Shown piece after piece: positions 37,901 to 46,066 of a DNA stretch of 62,879 nucleotides. The notes under the pieces are model-generated. The model ran no database searches and was not told the origin of the DNA. It saw nothing but the letters and a program-made list of their open reading frames with translations. The translations under genes were made by a program, and so were the position numbers. This stretch comes from Patescibacteria group bacterium. Its GTDB lineage: Bacteria > Patescibacteriota > Patescibacteriia > UM-FILTER-42-10. Where the stretch lies: the NCBI GenBank assembly GCA_041666845.1, contig JBAYGC010000008.1, positions 1 to 62,879 of the forward strand. The letters run 5' to 3'. How positions within the stretch are numbered: the first letter of the stretch is position 1; the number at the start of each line of letters is the position of its first letter.

Positions 37901-40739
37901 CGGTTGAACCAATTCGAGCTATCCCAGCAGGAAGAGGGGGGTTTGACCAACCTGCATACCAATTATAGTCAGTATAAGCCAGTATCTGGCAATTTGGTCC
38001 AATTGGAAGATTTGTGAAACGAGCAGCAGGATTTGCATTCGTAATTAAATACCTATCTGCTGTCAAATTATATGATTCAATTTGACATACTGTATTATCA
38101 ACCTGTGTTTTGAATTTCCATACAAAAGGATTGACCATATTTACTCCTGAGGCATTCTGAACGCCGGTCGTTATCGTCCCGCGATACCAAGTATTAACTG
38201 TCAGATAAACCGTGGGATTGAAAATAAATGTATCACTACTTGGTGCGGTTAAGGCTCCGCTTACGTGTCCAGGAACTACGGTGGAACAGGTTGAATCATT
38301 GCACTGTTCAAAATATACATTTGCTGAATTCGTAATTGTACCGACACTCATTGGTTCATTAAACCGCGCTGAAAAATTTGCATTAAGGCAGACCTCCTGG
38401 TATTCCGGCCAAGGCGAAGGTGAAGACAGGGTGGAAGCATCGCAGAAGTTATTTGTAATCACATAGGGTGTGCCGGGTGGAACATGTAAAACATCAAAAT
38501 AAATACCATTACTCTCCTGTCCCCCGTTGTTCGTAACCGTAACATTGCCGTCTAGCGCACCGGTCGGAACACTGGTGTTAATATTTGTATCATTCCAGCT
38601 GGTAGCGGGACTAGATAGACCATTATAGGCAATATGCCCAGCACCTTGCGTCGCTCCGAACCTGATTCCACTAGCGCTCATATTGGAACTCTCATAACCG
38701 GAGTTGGGATTAATTGACCACAAACATGGCCCGTCAGATACCGATGAACTATTTACGAAAAATTCAGGTCCACCTGGATAAGCTGCAGATGAAAGCACTC
38801 CATAAGAAGGATTGGTATAGGTTATTTCTGCTTGAGCACGTGGTCGGTCGCCGTCATCATAAACCGCCGGCAAAGTTGTGGTAATGTAATTTGCGTCGTA
38901 TCCGCCGATTACTCCGTTTGCAATATCAGTTCCGTCATTGAATACCAGATTAGTTGGTGTCGCCGGATTTGCCAGTGTGCCGGTAAAACACGACCCCTGT
39001 ACCGTCAGACACGATTCGCGCGGACCCTGTGAAGGACTCAGACTTGATACGTACGGAGAACATGTACAATTAGCAGGATCACTTACGTCAAATTCCCAAT
39101 GATGGATCAGCGGACTACCGTCCGTATTAATCACCATTGTGGTTGTGATATCAACATTATAATGGGAATTCGCATCCAGTGACGGATCGGGTTCAAATTT
39201 AAATACTTTGAAATTATTCGAAATCGGCAGGGCAGCATCCATTACTTTAAAGGTTCCAACTCCAGCTACGACTTCCTCAACTGGGGCTGGCCATACTCCT
39301 GAAGGAGACAGAATAATATTTCTAATGTCAGTACCATTATTAATTTCAAGCATTACCATCTCATAATACATGGATGTGCCGAAAGTAACATAGATATCCG
39401 TATCGGGACATTCATTGGTGCCGGTTGGATACCAGCTCTGGATCCCTGGGACGCTGTCGTTAGTCTGAAAATTCCAAACCTCCGGCACCGCCATCGGATT
39501 GCCACAAAGATCTTCAACATCGTGCACCCTTACCTGATACCAGGTAAATGCATTCAAAGGATTCAGGAACGGCTGTTCAATGTAAACATTTATACCGTTT
39601 GGAATTGATTGCGTCAGCAAATTACTGTTGCTGTATTGGCCGACAAAACTGGAACAGGTATTGTCAGTACACTCCCATAATTCAAAATTTCCGTTTGGTC
39701 GCGCTCCCGCTCCGATAATCGTACTGTCATCAATCGGCTCATTAAATGTCAGATTAATTACCGGTGCCCGGGAAACATTCCGGTCCGGATAACCGGCATC
39801 CGCGGTGTTAATCGGATAACTGCTGATAATCTCCGGAGCTACTTCGTCGTTTTCCAGTCCTACGTGAAAATCCCAAACCCACGGATCTGGTCCTGTGCAT
39901 CCGATGGCGGTACAAAGTGAAATGATACGCGGATCATAATCCTGAACCGGCGTACCGACTGTCGGATACCATTCCTGATAATCGGTATTAGTCGGGAATA
40001 AAGTATCATGCCGGTAAGTGACCGTATTTCCCGCCGTAACAAAATCATCCGTACTGGCAAACGGATTGCCGGCTACTATATCTTGTGTTCTTAAATTGTC
40101 GGGAATTTCCGCCGCATCGACAGTCGCCGGATCAATGTTGGCATTAAAACGCGCTTTTACCCTAGAACATTGGTATACCTCATCGCTAGCATCCCTGGAT
40201 ACTTCGAAATCTTGCAGTGTCAGATTGGTGGGCAGACTTGCTCCGCAACTGATTGCGCACATATTCGGCGCACAACATGTTTGACCGGCGGCACAATCAA
40301 TCGTACCGCAACTCGTGCCGCCAGATCCGCCCGTCGCATCATCAATCGTTCTCATGACAAAAAATACAATTGCCCAAGATAATAAGACAATCGCCAGACC
40401 GATCAGCCCGTTGATTAAAATTTTCTTTGCTTTGGCAATTTTTTCCTGGTTACCATTAGCAGTCATCCAGATAAACCCACCGTACATTATTATAACAACC
40501 GCCGCGAGCCCCAAAAGGCCGAGTGCCCACTGAACAATGTTAATCACAACGGATAGAAGGTCGGCAGTTCCCAAACCAAGTGTGGCACCAAGTCCGGAGT
40601 CAATGGAAATAGCACGGGCAATCGCAGGCGCAAAAAAACTGACTACGCTCGTTACTAAAATTCCCAGTAAAGCGCTAGTCAGCATCCCTAGTCCAAAAAA
40701 ACCTTTTTGTTTTGAGTTTTGCCTCCCTTGGATCAACAT
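34935..40739 (-). CDS. Giant (1934 aa) Cys-rich surface protein with a two-helix pilin-like (TrbC/VirB2-type) N-terminal anchor
   Basis: The N-terminus is LGLLGLAAVVIIMYGGFIWMTANGNQEKIAKAKKILINGLIGLAIVLLSWAIVFFV. An extracellular region of about 1750 aa follows, with many Cys clusters (CGCTTDAQCGD, CCRPGD) and several Ig/TIG-like segments. Confidence 0.85.
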   Translation of the reverse strand: MLIQGRQNSKQKGFFGLGMLTSALLGILVTSVVSFFAPAIARAISIDSGLGATLGLGTADLLSVVINIVQWALGLLGLAAVVIIMYGGFIWMTANGNQEKIAKAKKILINGLIGLAIVLLSWAIVFFVMRTIDDATGGSGGTSCGTIDCAAGQTCCAPNMCAISCGASLPTNLTLQDFEVSRDASDEVYQCSRVKARFNANIDPATVDAAEIPDNLRTQDIVAGNPFASTDDFVTAGNTVTYRHDTLFPTNTDYQEWYPTVGTPVQDYDPRIISLCTAIGCTGPDPWVWDFHVGLENDEVAPEIISSYPINTADAGYPDRNVSRAPVINLTFNEPIDDSTIIGAGARPNGNFELWECTDNTCSSFVGQYSNSNLLTQSIPNGINVYIEQPFLNPLNAFTWYQVRVHDVEDLCGNPMAVPEVWNFQTNDSVPGIQSWYPTGTNECPDTDIYVTFGTSMYYEMVMLEINNGTDIRNIILSPSGVWPAPVEEVVAGVGTFKVMDAALPISNNFKVFKFEPDPSLDANSHYNVDITTTMVINTDGSPLIHHWEFDVSDPANCTCSPYVSSLSPSQGPRESCLTVQGSCFTGTLANPATPTNLVFNDGTDIANGVIGGYDANYITTTLPAVYDDGDRPRAQAEITYTNPSYGVLSSAAYPGGPEFFVNSSSVSDGPCLWSINPNSGYESSNMSASGIRFGATQGAGHIAYNGLSSPATSWNDTNINTSVPTGALDGNVTVTNNGGQESNGIYFDVLHVPPGTPYVITNNFCDASTLSSPSPWPEYQEVCLNANFSARFNEPMSVGTITNSANVYFEQCNDSTCSTVVPGHVSGALTAPSSDTFIFNPTVYLTVNTWYRGTITTGVQNASGVNMVNPFVWKFKTQVDNTVCQIESYNLTADRYLITNANPAARFTNLPIGPNCQILAYTDYNWYAGWSNPPLPAGIARIGSTGPQTNQANYTYLATGVDGTVTVNSSAAGTSIPPAARQLTVDRTFCQDDADCSSCPGSVCMLSPTPHCSPVIQSINPISAPVGNFVTIAGCMFGTYTGSANVEFTGTPWVNAIFPAICGPAGSTWTDDSVVVEVPNEDTADTSDDAISGPIRLTNQYGNTTTLSGFTIGGPSTPNLCYLDPSDGKQGETDATAAVGEGFGTSGNVSFLNDAGGRSTWSGILTDWSDTLVEGIDIPSNAVSSIGSNGVTVNGSNPVNFYVTCADNTECSTGCCYAGQCSDSAMCSGGLPGDLCQISSHPNCSLGPIYPPSGYECISNTGELPMDAIAGDDCRFCCRPGDTYNGLTCMVNQGDCLGGANDRGLYCGCTTDAQCGDPANIGCGDMGGGTMCCSSRPNVVSINPYDGETDVCMNRGIVVEFDQIMDEGSVTDLGVFTVTDDSTSLLIDGTLTSYFSDDHTIFQFSPDLPWPASHSFTITINARAANQYFIGMSSDYVSHFTAGDTLCNIDHVKVDIQYMPGPTTTYNASQDMYTCKRNDCADDMTSVINGNQHRYIASAVDASGNYLLTGATYDWSGSSTNGVLNVESPNNRFTHVGTLGLDGTEQIRADVDLGAAGSGSAIVNARVESCDNPWPNNPNYMYPAGVSVIEPQNFTTYYCRDGGLPGMANPIINVNHTPTINGVDELLREVFFSTCDSDVASCTSANTSGDVIGIRVMENQSFLSPSAWFNQMFPEDTGSCVPINAVDGYQACRAGRTIYVAATNLAGTTLWPNIYLVSYNDSANGQTVNIYNQMVENWFFNSAPASLMNVCALAPGDTNKECIVRDTKRVTDLGEIGYLLLNYQFNNGDFPELAAGTFLPGLTSSKWPSWMAEFGNAIGMNPPLDPINEFNNPTVNCAVPPYDPAGTCWNDTAHTFNCPTGSHTYAYLKESTNAYLFTNLEYVGTGGFNTSAWPGRFFGLDACMGYTGSNCPCFNYSAEATDNFWITNWSPPS

Positions 40740-40782
40740 AGTTGAAAGGTGGTTATTTATTTTTGATTACTTTTTTACGAAT

Positions 40783-41226
40783 TTACGCAAGAAGCTGGCG
40801 GACTTTTTCACTGACAACCTTGCCCTCTGCTTTCCCCTGAGCTTTTGCCATGACCTGGCTCATCACCCTACCCATGTCTTTGACCGATTCTGCACCTGTT
40901 TCCTGCATAACTTCTTTGATTATTTTTTCCAACTCAGCTTCAGAAAGCGGTTCGGGGAGATATTGCTGGAGTAAACCGGCTTCCGCTGATTCCGCTTCAG
41001 ACAAATCTTTTCTCCCCCCTTTTTCATATGCTTCCGCTGATTCTTTTCGTTTTTTGATTTCTCTTGCCACAACAGACAGGGTCTCTTCTTCGGTCAGTTC
41101 CTTTCTTTTTGCGATAGCTTCATTTTTAATAGCTGAAATAACCATTCTCAGAGTGCTTACCTTCTCCGACTCTCTTGCCTTAAGGGCAATAATGACATCT
41201 TGTTCTAACTTTTCTTTCAGACCCAT
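40783..41226 (-). CDS. GatB/YqeY domain protein
   Basis: 147 aa with LKEKLEQDVIIALKARE...VVSEKVRQLL, typical of the YqeY family. Confidence 0.85.
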   Translation of the reverse strand: MGLKEKLEQDVIIALKARESEKVSTLRMVISAIKNEAIAKRKELTEEETLSVVAREIKKRKESAEAYEKGGRKDLSEAESAEAGLLQQYLPEPLSEAELEKIIKEVMQETGAESVKDMGRVMSQVMAKAQGKAEGKVVSEKVRQLLA

Positions 41227-41282
41227 AAAAATTTGGAAATTAAACTAAATAACAAACTAAAAAAGGTTACTGTCCCGGAAAA

Positions 41283-41534
41283 TTACTTTCTTCCACCTCT
41301 TTTTTTAGACCGGTCATACTCTTCCAGTTTTCCAATTTTCCTCAAGTATTCCTTCTTTGACTTGATGTCTTTGCGCCTTAGAGCGTCATCTTTAGTCTTT
41401 CTTTTGTTCTTTGCCGGTTCGTGAAAACGGCTTTTCTTAGCCCTAATCAAGACCCCGCTCTGTTGAACTTTCTTAGAAAACCTTCTGATCAGACTTTCTG
41501 ATGTTTCGCTGTCCTTCTTCTTTACTTCTACCAA
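41283..41534 (-). CDS. rpsU: 30S ribosomal protein S21
   Basis: 83 aa with ESLIRRFSKKVQQSGVLIRAKKSRFHEPAKNKRK. Confidence 0.9.
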   Translation of the reverse strand: MVEVKKKDSETSESLIRRFSKKVQQSGVLIRAKKSRFHEPAKNKRKTKDDALRRKDIKSKKEYLRKIGKLEEYDRSKKRGGRK

Positions 41535-41669
41535 ATTAATTCACCTCCCTAGGTGTAATTTTTAATAATTAGTTCTTTTTTAATATAACACTCTTGTTTA
41601 ATATCGTCAAATAAAATAAAAAGCTCCTAGACGGTGCTTTGGAGCTAATTATTTTTTGTTTAATAATGT

Positions 41670-42008
41670 TTATCCGATGGTACCCAGTTTCTTACCGCCG
41701 ATCAAATGCAGATGGATATGGTCAATTATCTGACCTCCTTCATCACCACAATTGAATACCAACCGGTAGCCGGAATTCGAAATATCGTACTTTTTTGCCA
41801 GAACCCTAGCCCGATTAACCAGATTACCCATTAACAGAGCATCGTCTTCTGTTAAATCAGAAATTTTTTCCACGTGTTTCTTTGGGACGACTAAAATATG
41901 TACCGGTGCCTGCGGAGCAATATCTCGGAAGGCAATTATTTCATCATCTTCAAATACAACATCCGCCGATCCTTCTTTTTTGATGATTGAACAGAATACG
42001 CAGTCCAT
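41670..42008 (-). CDS. HIT-family nucleotide hydrolase
   Basis: 112 aa starting MDCVFCSII, with the histidine triad HIHLHLIGG. Confidence 0.9.
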   Translation of the reverse strand: MDCVFCSIIKKEGSADVVFEDDEIIAFRDIAPQAPVHILVVPKKHVEKISDLTEDDALLMGNLVNRARVLAKKYDISNSGYRLVFNCGDEGGQIIDHIHLHLIGGKKLGTIG

Positions 42009-42010
42009 AT

Positions 42011-43393
42011 TTACTCCTCAGTGTGGTTATTTCTATTTTGAATGATTGCCTTGGTCTTTTCCAGGCGGTTTTTCAATTCAACATATACTTTGTTGTAATC
42101 AATCACTTCCTGCGATCCGCCTTCCATATCTCTTAGCAGGATGGTTTTATCCAGCATTTCTTTTTGCCCCAGGATCAGTGAAAACTTAACTCTGAGTCTT
42201 GCAGCCACTGAGAGCTGGTACTTCAATCCTTCTTTGGAAAAATTGCTGGCCGCTCGGATACCCTTTGCTCTTAAATCTTCTACTAAACGGAGGGCTTTCT
42301 TTTTGGCACTTTCTCCCAGCTGAGCGACAAAAACATCCGGCGGTTCCGGTGCCGGGATAACTATTTCTTTCTCACGCATACTGATTACCAGACGTTCAAC
42401 TCCACCGGCAAAACCGCAGGCAGGCGTCGGCCGGCCACCGAGCATTTCTGTAAGATCATCATAACGGCCACCGCCACCCATCGCGGACTGTGATCCGTCA
42501 TCTTTTTCCGGCCAAATTTCAAAAGTCGTCCGGGTGTAATAATCCAGACCCCTAACAAGAAATGGGTTTAACTGGTAGGCAATGTCCGCTTCATCCAGAT
42601 ATTCCAAGACTTTTACAAAGTGCTCCTTACATTCTTCATCCAGGTGATCCACGATATGCGGTGCATCCGCCAATATCTCTTTGCATTCTTTCACTTTACA
42701 ATCCAGGACACGTAATGGATTTTTTATCAACCTTCTTTTACAGTCTTCACAGAGAAACTTTTTTCTGGATGATAAATAATCAGTAAACAGCTGTTCGTAA
42801 TCTTTTCTGCATTTTTTACAGCCCACACTGTTGATCTGAGTCACTACCGGAATACCGATAGTATTGTAAATACTTTGACACATCACTATTAACTGCGCAT
42901 CAATGATCGGGTTGTTGTCTCCGATCGCTTCAAATCCGAACTGGTGGAATTGGCGGTATCTGCCGGCTTGCGGGCGGTCGTATCGGAAAAACGGTCCCCA
43001 GTAAAAAAGCCTGACCGGCTGCGGCCTATCCAACATACCGTGTTCAATATATGCCCGGACGATTCCGGCGGTATTTTCCGGTCGCATCGATACGTTCATA
43101 CCGCTTTTATCTTCAAACGAAAACATTTCTTTTTCTACAATATCCGTATTTTCCCCTACTGAGCGGGTAAACAGACTGGTTTCCTCTAAAATCGGGGTAT
43201 CAATCATTTCATAGGTATAATCTTCAGCCAGTTGTTCCACCAGCTTCCGGACATAACTCCAATATTTTTGAGACTCCGGCAAAATATCCTTCATACCTCT
43301 CAAGAGTTGCGGGTGTTTGGAACTTCTTTTCTTCGGCTCAGCGGCTTTTTCCTCTATTTTCACAGACGGCTTTGTAACTTTACTTTTTGGCAT
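42011..43393 (-). CDS. hisS: Histidine--tRNA ligase
   Basis: 460 aa with class II motifs (RGMKDILP, FRYDRPQAGRYRQFHQ, GGGRYD) and a C-terminal anticodon-binding domain. Confidence 0.95.
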   Translation of the reverse strand: MPKSKVTKPSVKIEEKAAEPKKRSSKHPQLLRGMKDILPESQKYWSYVRKLVEQLAEDYTYEMIDTPILEETSLFTRSVGENTDIVEKEMFSFEDKSGMNVSMRPENTAGIVRAYIEHGMLDRPQPVRLFYWGPFFRYDRPQAGRYRQFHQFGFEAIGDNNPIIDAQLIVMCQSIYNTIGIPVVTQINSVGCKKCRKDYEQLFTDYLSSRKKFLCEDCKRRLIKNPLRVLDCKVKECKEILADAPHIVDHLDEECKEHFVKVLEYLDEADIAYQLNPFLVRGLDYYTRTTFEIWPEKDDGSQSAMGGGGRYDDLTEMLGGRPTPACGFAGGVERLVISMREKEIVIPAPEPPDVFVAQLGESAKKKALRLVEDLRAKGIRAASNFSKEGLKYQLSVAARLRVKFSLILGQKEMLDKTILLRDMEGGSQEVIDYNKVYVELKNRLEKTKAIIQNRNNHTEE

Positions 43394-43405
43394 TATAAAT
43401 TTTGG

Positions 43406-44044
43406 TTAAATGTTGTAATCAGGTAAATTAAAATGTGTCAGCTTGTTAAAAGGCCACGCTCTGACCCACGCCTTGCCCACAATATATTCCTTTCCTATGG
43501 GGCCAATAATCCTGGAATCAAGACTGGATCCCCGATTATCACCCATCACGTAAAATTTATCGGCAGCAAGCGTTATATCAATATTACCGCTAGTATAAAC
43601 AGATTCATCTAGATAACTACTTTCATCCAAGATCGCACCTTCCGGATTTGCCGAATTAGTAATCATGACTGTTCCGTTTTTTATTTTTATAGTTTCCCCT
43701 GGCAGCCCGATTATTCTTTTGATAAAAAATTGGGAAGTGTTTCTGGGATCTTTCAGAACAATGATATCACCCCGGTCCGGAGTATTTAGACGATAAGTAA
43801 TCTCATTAATTATCAAATATTCATAATCATGAAAAGTCGGCTCCATGGAAGCGCCTTTAACATAAAACGGCTGGATCAGATAATACCGTATCGGAATAAT
43901 GATCGCGAGTGAAATGATAATTATTTTCGCAACCTCTAAAACAAAAAGTCCCGTTGCTTTCCAAAACGGATCCGGTGTGATGCTCTTTTTATTCAGTTCA
44001 TTCAAAGCATCATTAATTTCCTTTTCCTCAGTCTTTTTTGGCAT
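43406..44044 (-). CDS. lepB: Signal peptidase I
   Basis: 212 aa with a TM anchor, GASMEPTF and GDNRGSSLDSR. Confidence 0.92.
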   Translation of the reverse strand: MPKKTEEKEINDALNELNKKSITPDPFWKATGLFVLEVAKIIIISLAIIIPIRYYLIQPFYVKGASMEPTFHDYEYLIINEITYRLNTPDRGDIIVLKDPRNTSQFFIKRIIGLPGETIKIKNGTVMITNSANPEGAILDESSYLDESVYTSGNIDITLAADKFYVMGDNRGSSLDSRIIGPIGKEYIVGKAWVRAWPFNKLTHFNLPDYNI

Positions 44045-44189
44045 TTATTTTAATTTAATTTGCGAAATTTAATCTTACTAATTATTATACCTCTCTTTGA
44101 ATTGAGTGATCGCAGACCACGAGCGAATCACGCAAAGCGTGATGAGTCGAGTGGCAGGCTCAACTGGACTCGCCTGCCTACTAAGGTAC

Positions 44190-44266
44190 TGGTGCTCGTG
44201 TCTGGATTTGAACCAGAGACCTTTCGAATGTGAATCGAACGCTCTAACCAACTGAGCTACACGAGC
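44190..44266 (-). tRNA. tRNA-Val (CAC), CCA encoded
   Basis: Minus strand: GCTCGTG TA GCTC AGTTGGTTA GAGC G TTCGA TTCACAT TCGAA AGGTC TCTGG TTCAAAT CCAGA CACGAGC A CCA. Confidence 0.9.
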
Positions 44267-44390
44267 GTGGCGGACAGATTTGTGGATAGTGCCCCCTGCC
44301 TGTCCACTCGCCATCGCTTGCGCTTTAGACATAAACAGGCGAGAGCTACAAACCCCTGTAAATACGGGCAATAGCACGCAAAGTAGTCCT

Positions 44391-44419
44391 ATTGTAACAT
44401 AAATAAAGTAGTATTTCAA
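44391..44419 (-). promoter_or_regulatory. Promoter TTGAAA-17-TACAAT upstream of tRNA-Val
   Basis: The minus strand reads cTTGAAAtactactttatttatgtTACAATagg, implying a structured leader of about 105 nt before the tRNA. Confidence 0.5.
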
Positions 44420-44539
44420 GCCCCGCTAATGTAATAATAAATTATGAGAAAACGTATTAAACAATGTAGTAGATTTTTTGATTGAAATATTATATAATAT
44501 GGGAGATATGTAATTAGCATTGATGTATTAATTTTCACG

Positions 44540-46060
44540 ATGAAAAGCATTCAGCCAGGAAAAGAATTCAACCTTTTAGAGAAAGTTGATAATAAGCAAA
44601 CTCTCGAGAAGAAAAAAAAGCCACACGGTTTGTGGTCCTACCTCGGGAAGTTTTTTATATACCTCTTTGTGGTAATAGTTCTGGTCGGCCTCACCTTTTC
44701 CTATAAAGTCATTCTTTCCGCCAACAGCGTCATTGCCTCTTCTGACGTCCCCTCTCTAATCAGCCAATTAAAATATCTGGTAGTACAGCCGGAAGATCTG
44801 ATTGATGGGGAAAAGGATGATCGGATAAATGTTTTATTGTTAGGCATGGGTGGCGCAGGACACAGTGGCGGATACCTGGCCGACACAATCATGATTGCCA
44901 GTGTTAAACCATCGACTAAAGAAGTCGCTTTTATTTCTATACCAAGAGATCTTTACGTACCAATACCGGACAACGGCTGGAGGAAAATCAACAACGCCTA
45001 TGCATTCGGATACACAGAGGATCCCAAGAGCGGCGGAGAAGAATTAATGATTAAAGTAATTGAAGAAATAACCGGACTGACTATTCACTATTATGGCCGT
45101 GTCGATTTTGAAGGATTCCGAAAAGTGATTGATGATATCGGTGGAGTGGATGTTTATGTCGATAGGACATTCTATGACCCGCTATACCCTGATTATAACT
45201 ACGGCTATCAACCCGTGTCATTTCAACAAGGCAATAATCATTTCAACGGCGAAAAAGCATTACAGTTTGCCCGTTCCCGCCATGGCAATAATAACGAGGG
45301 TTCGGACTTCGCCCGATCGCAACGACAGCAGAAGATCCTGCTGGCAGCAAAGGAAAAACTACTCTCTTCCTCCACCCTGCTAAATCCCAGCTTGATTTTG
45401 AATATTGTTAATGACCTTGCCGATCATGTCCGTGTTAATATGGAACCGTGGGAAATGATCAAGCTTTACAATATGATCAAGGATGTCTCCGCGGAACAAA
45501 TTATCGACGAAGTAATTGATAACAGTCCGGACGGACCCCTGCATTCCGAAACGACAATTGACGGAGCATATATCTTAAGACCGAATGCCGGACCGGATGA
45601 CTTTTCTGAAATACAAGACATTGCTCAAAATATTTTCCAGGTTGAAGAAACAAAGACAGTGACCCGAGAAAACGCAACCATAGAAATCCATAACGGAACT
45701 AAAATCGCTGGCCTGGCCGCGAAAACTGCGGAAACCTTGCGTAATGCTGGATACAATATCGTGGCAGTTGGTAACGCAGCGGAACAAACTAACGAAACAA
45801 CCACTATATATGATTTAACCGGCGGGACCAAACCACAGACTCTGGCGGCATTAAAAATGGAAATCGGATCAGAAATAGCCACTACCGTCCCCGCCTACCT
45901 GTATACTCCCGATAAGAATGAAGTCACCTATCAGGGTTTAAGTGCACCGCTTAATTCAGACATTGTTTCCCAAAGCGGAGAAGTTGATTTTCTGATTCTG
46001 CTCGGGACGGATGGCGTCACTCAAACTAATACTTCGATTACCAACACAGGAACCCAATAA
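44540..46060 (+). CDS. LytR-CpsA-Psr (LCP) family cell-envelope phosphotransferase with a LytR_C domain
   Basis: 506 aa with a TM anchor, RINVLLLGMGG..LADTIMIASV..ISIPRDLYV and RQQKIL. Confidence 0.88.
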   Translation: MKSIQPGKEFNLLEKVDNKQTLEKKKKPHGLWSYLGKFFIYLFVVIVLVGLTFSYKVILSANSVIASSDVPSLISQLKYLVVQPEDLIDGEKDDRINVLLLGMGGAGHSGGYLADTIMIASVKPSTKEVAFISIPRDLYVPIPDNGWRKINNAYAFGYTEDPKSGGEELMIKVIEEITGLTIHYYGRVDFEGFRKVIDDIGGVDVYVDRTFYDPLYPDYNYGYQPVSFQQGNNHFNGEKALQFARSRHGNNNEGSDFARSQRQQKILLAAKEKLLSSSTLLNPSLILNIVNDLADHVRVNMEPWEMIKLYNMIKDVSAEQIIDEVIDNSPDGPLHSETTIDGAYILRPNAGPDDFSEIQDIAQNIFQVEETKTVTRENATIEIHNGTKIAGLAAKTAETLRNAGYNIVAVGNAAEQTNETTTIYDLTGGTKPQTLAALKMEIGSEIATTVPAYLYTPDKNEVTYQGLSAPLNSDIVSQSGEVDFLILLGTDGVTQTNTSITNTGTQ

Positions 46061-46066
46061 TATATT

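Noticed and set aside
44078-44419. A 113-aa ORF spanning tRNA-Val. ORF 48122-48388 likewise spans tRNA genes, and ORFs 8876-9094 and 8905-9090 span tRNA-Asp.
   Set aside because: Each overlaps a cloverleaf tRNA gene and its structured flanks. The open frames are by-products of GC-elevated RNA genes.
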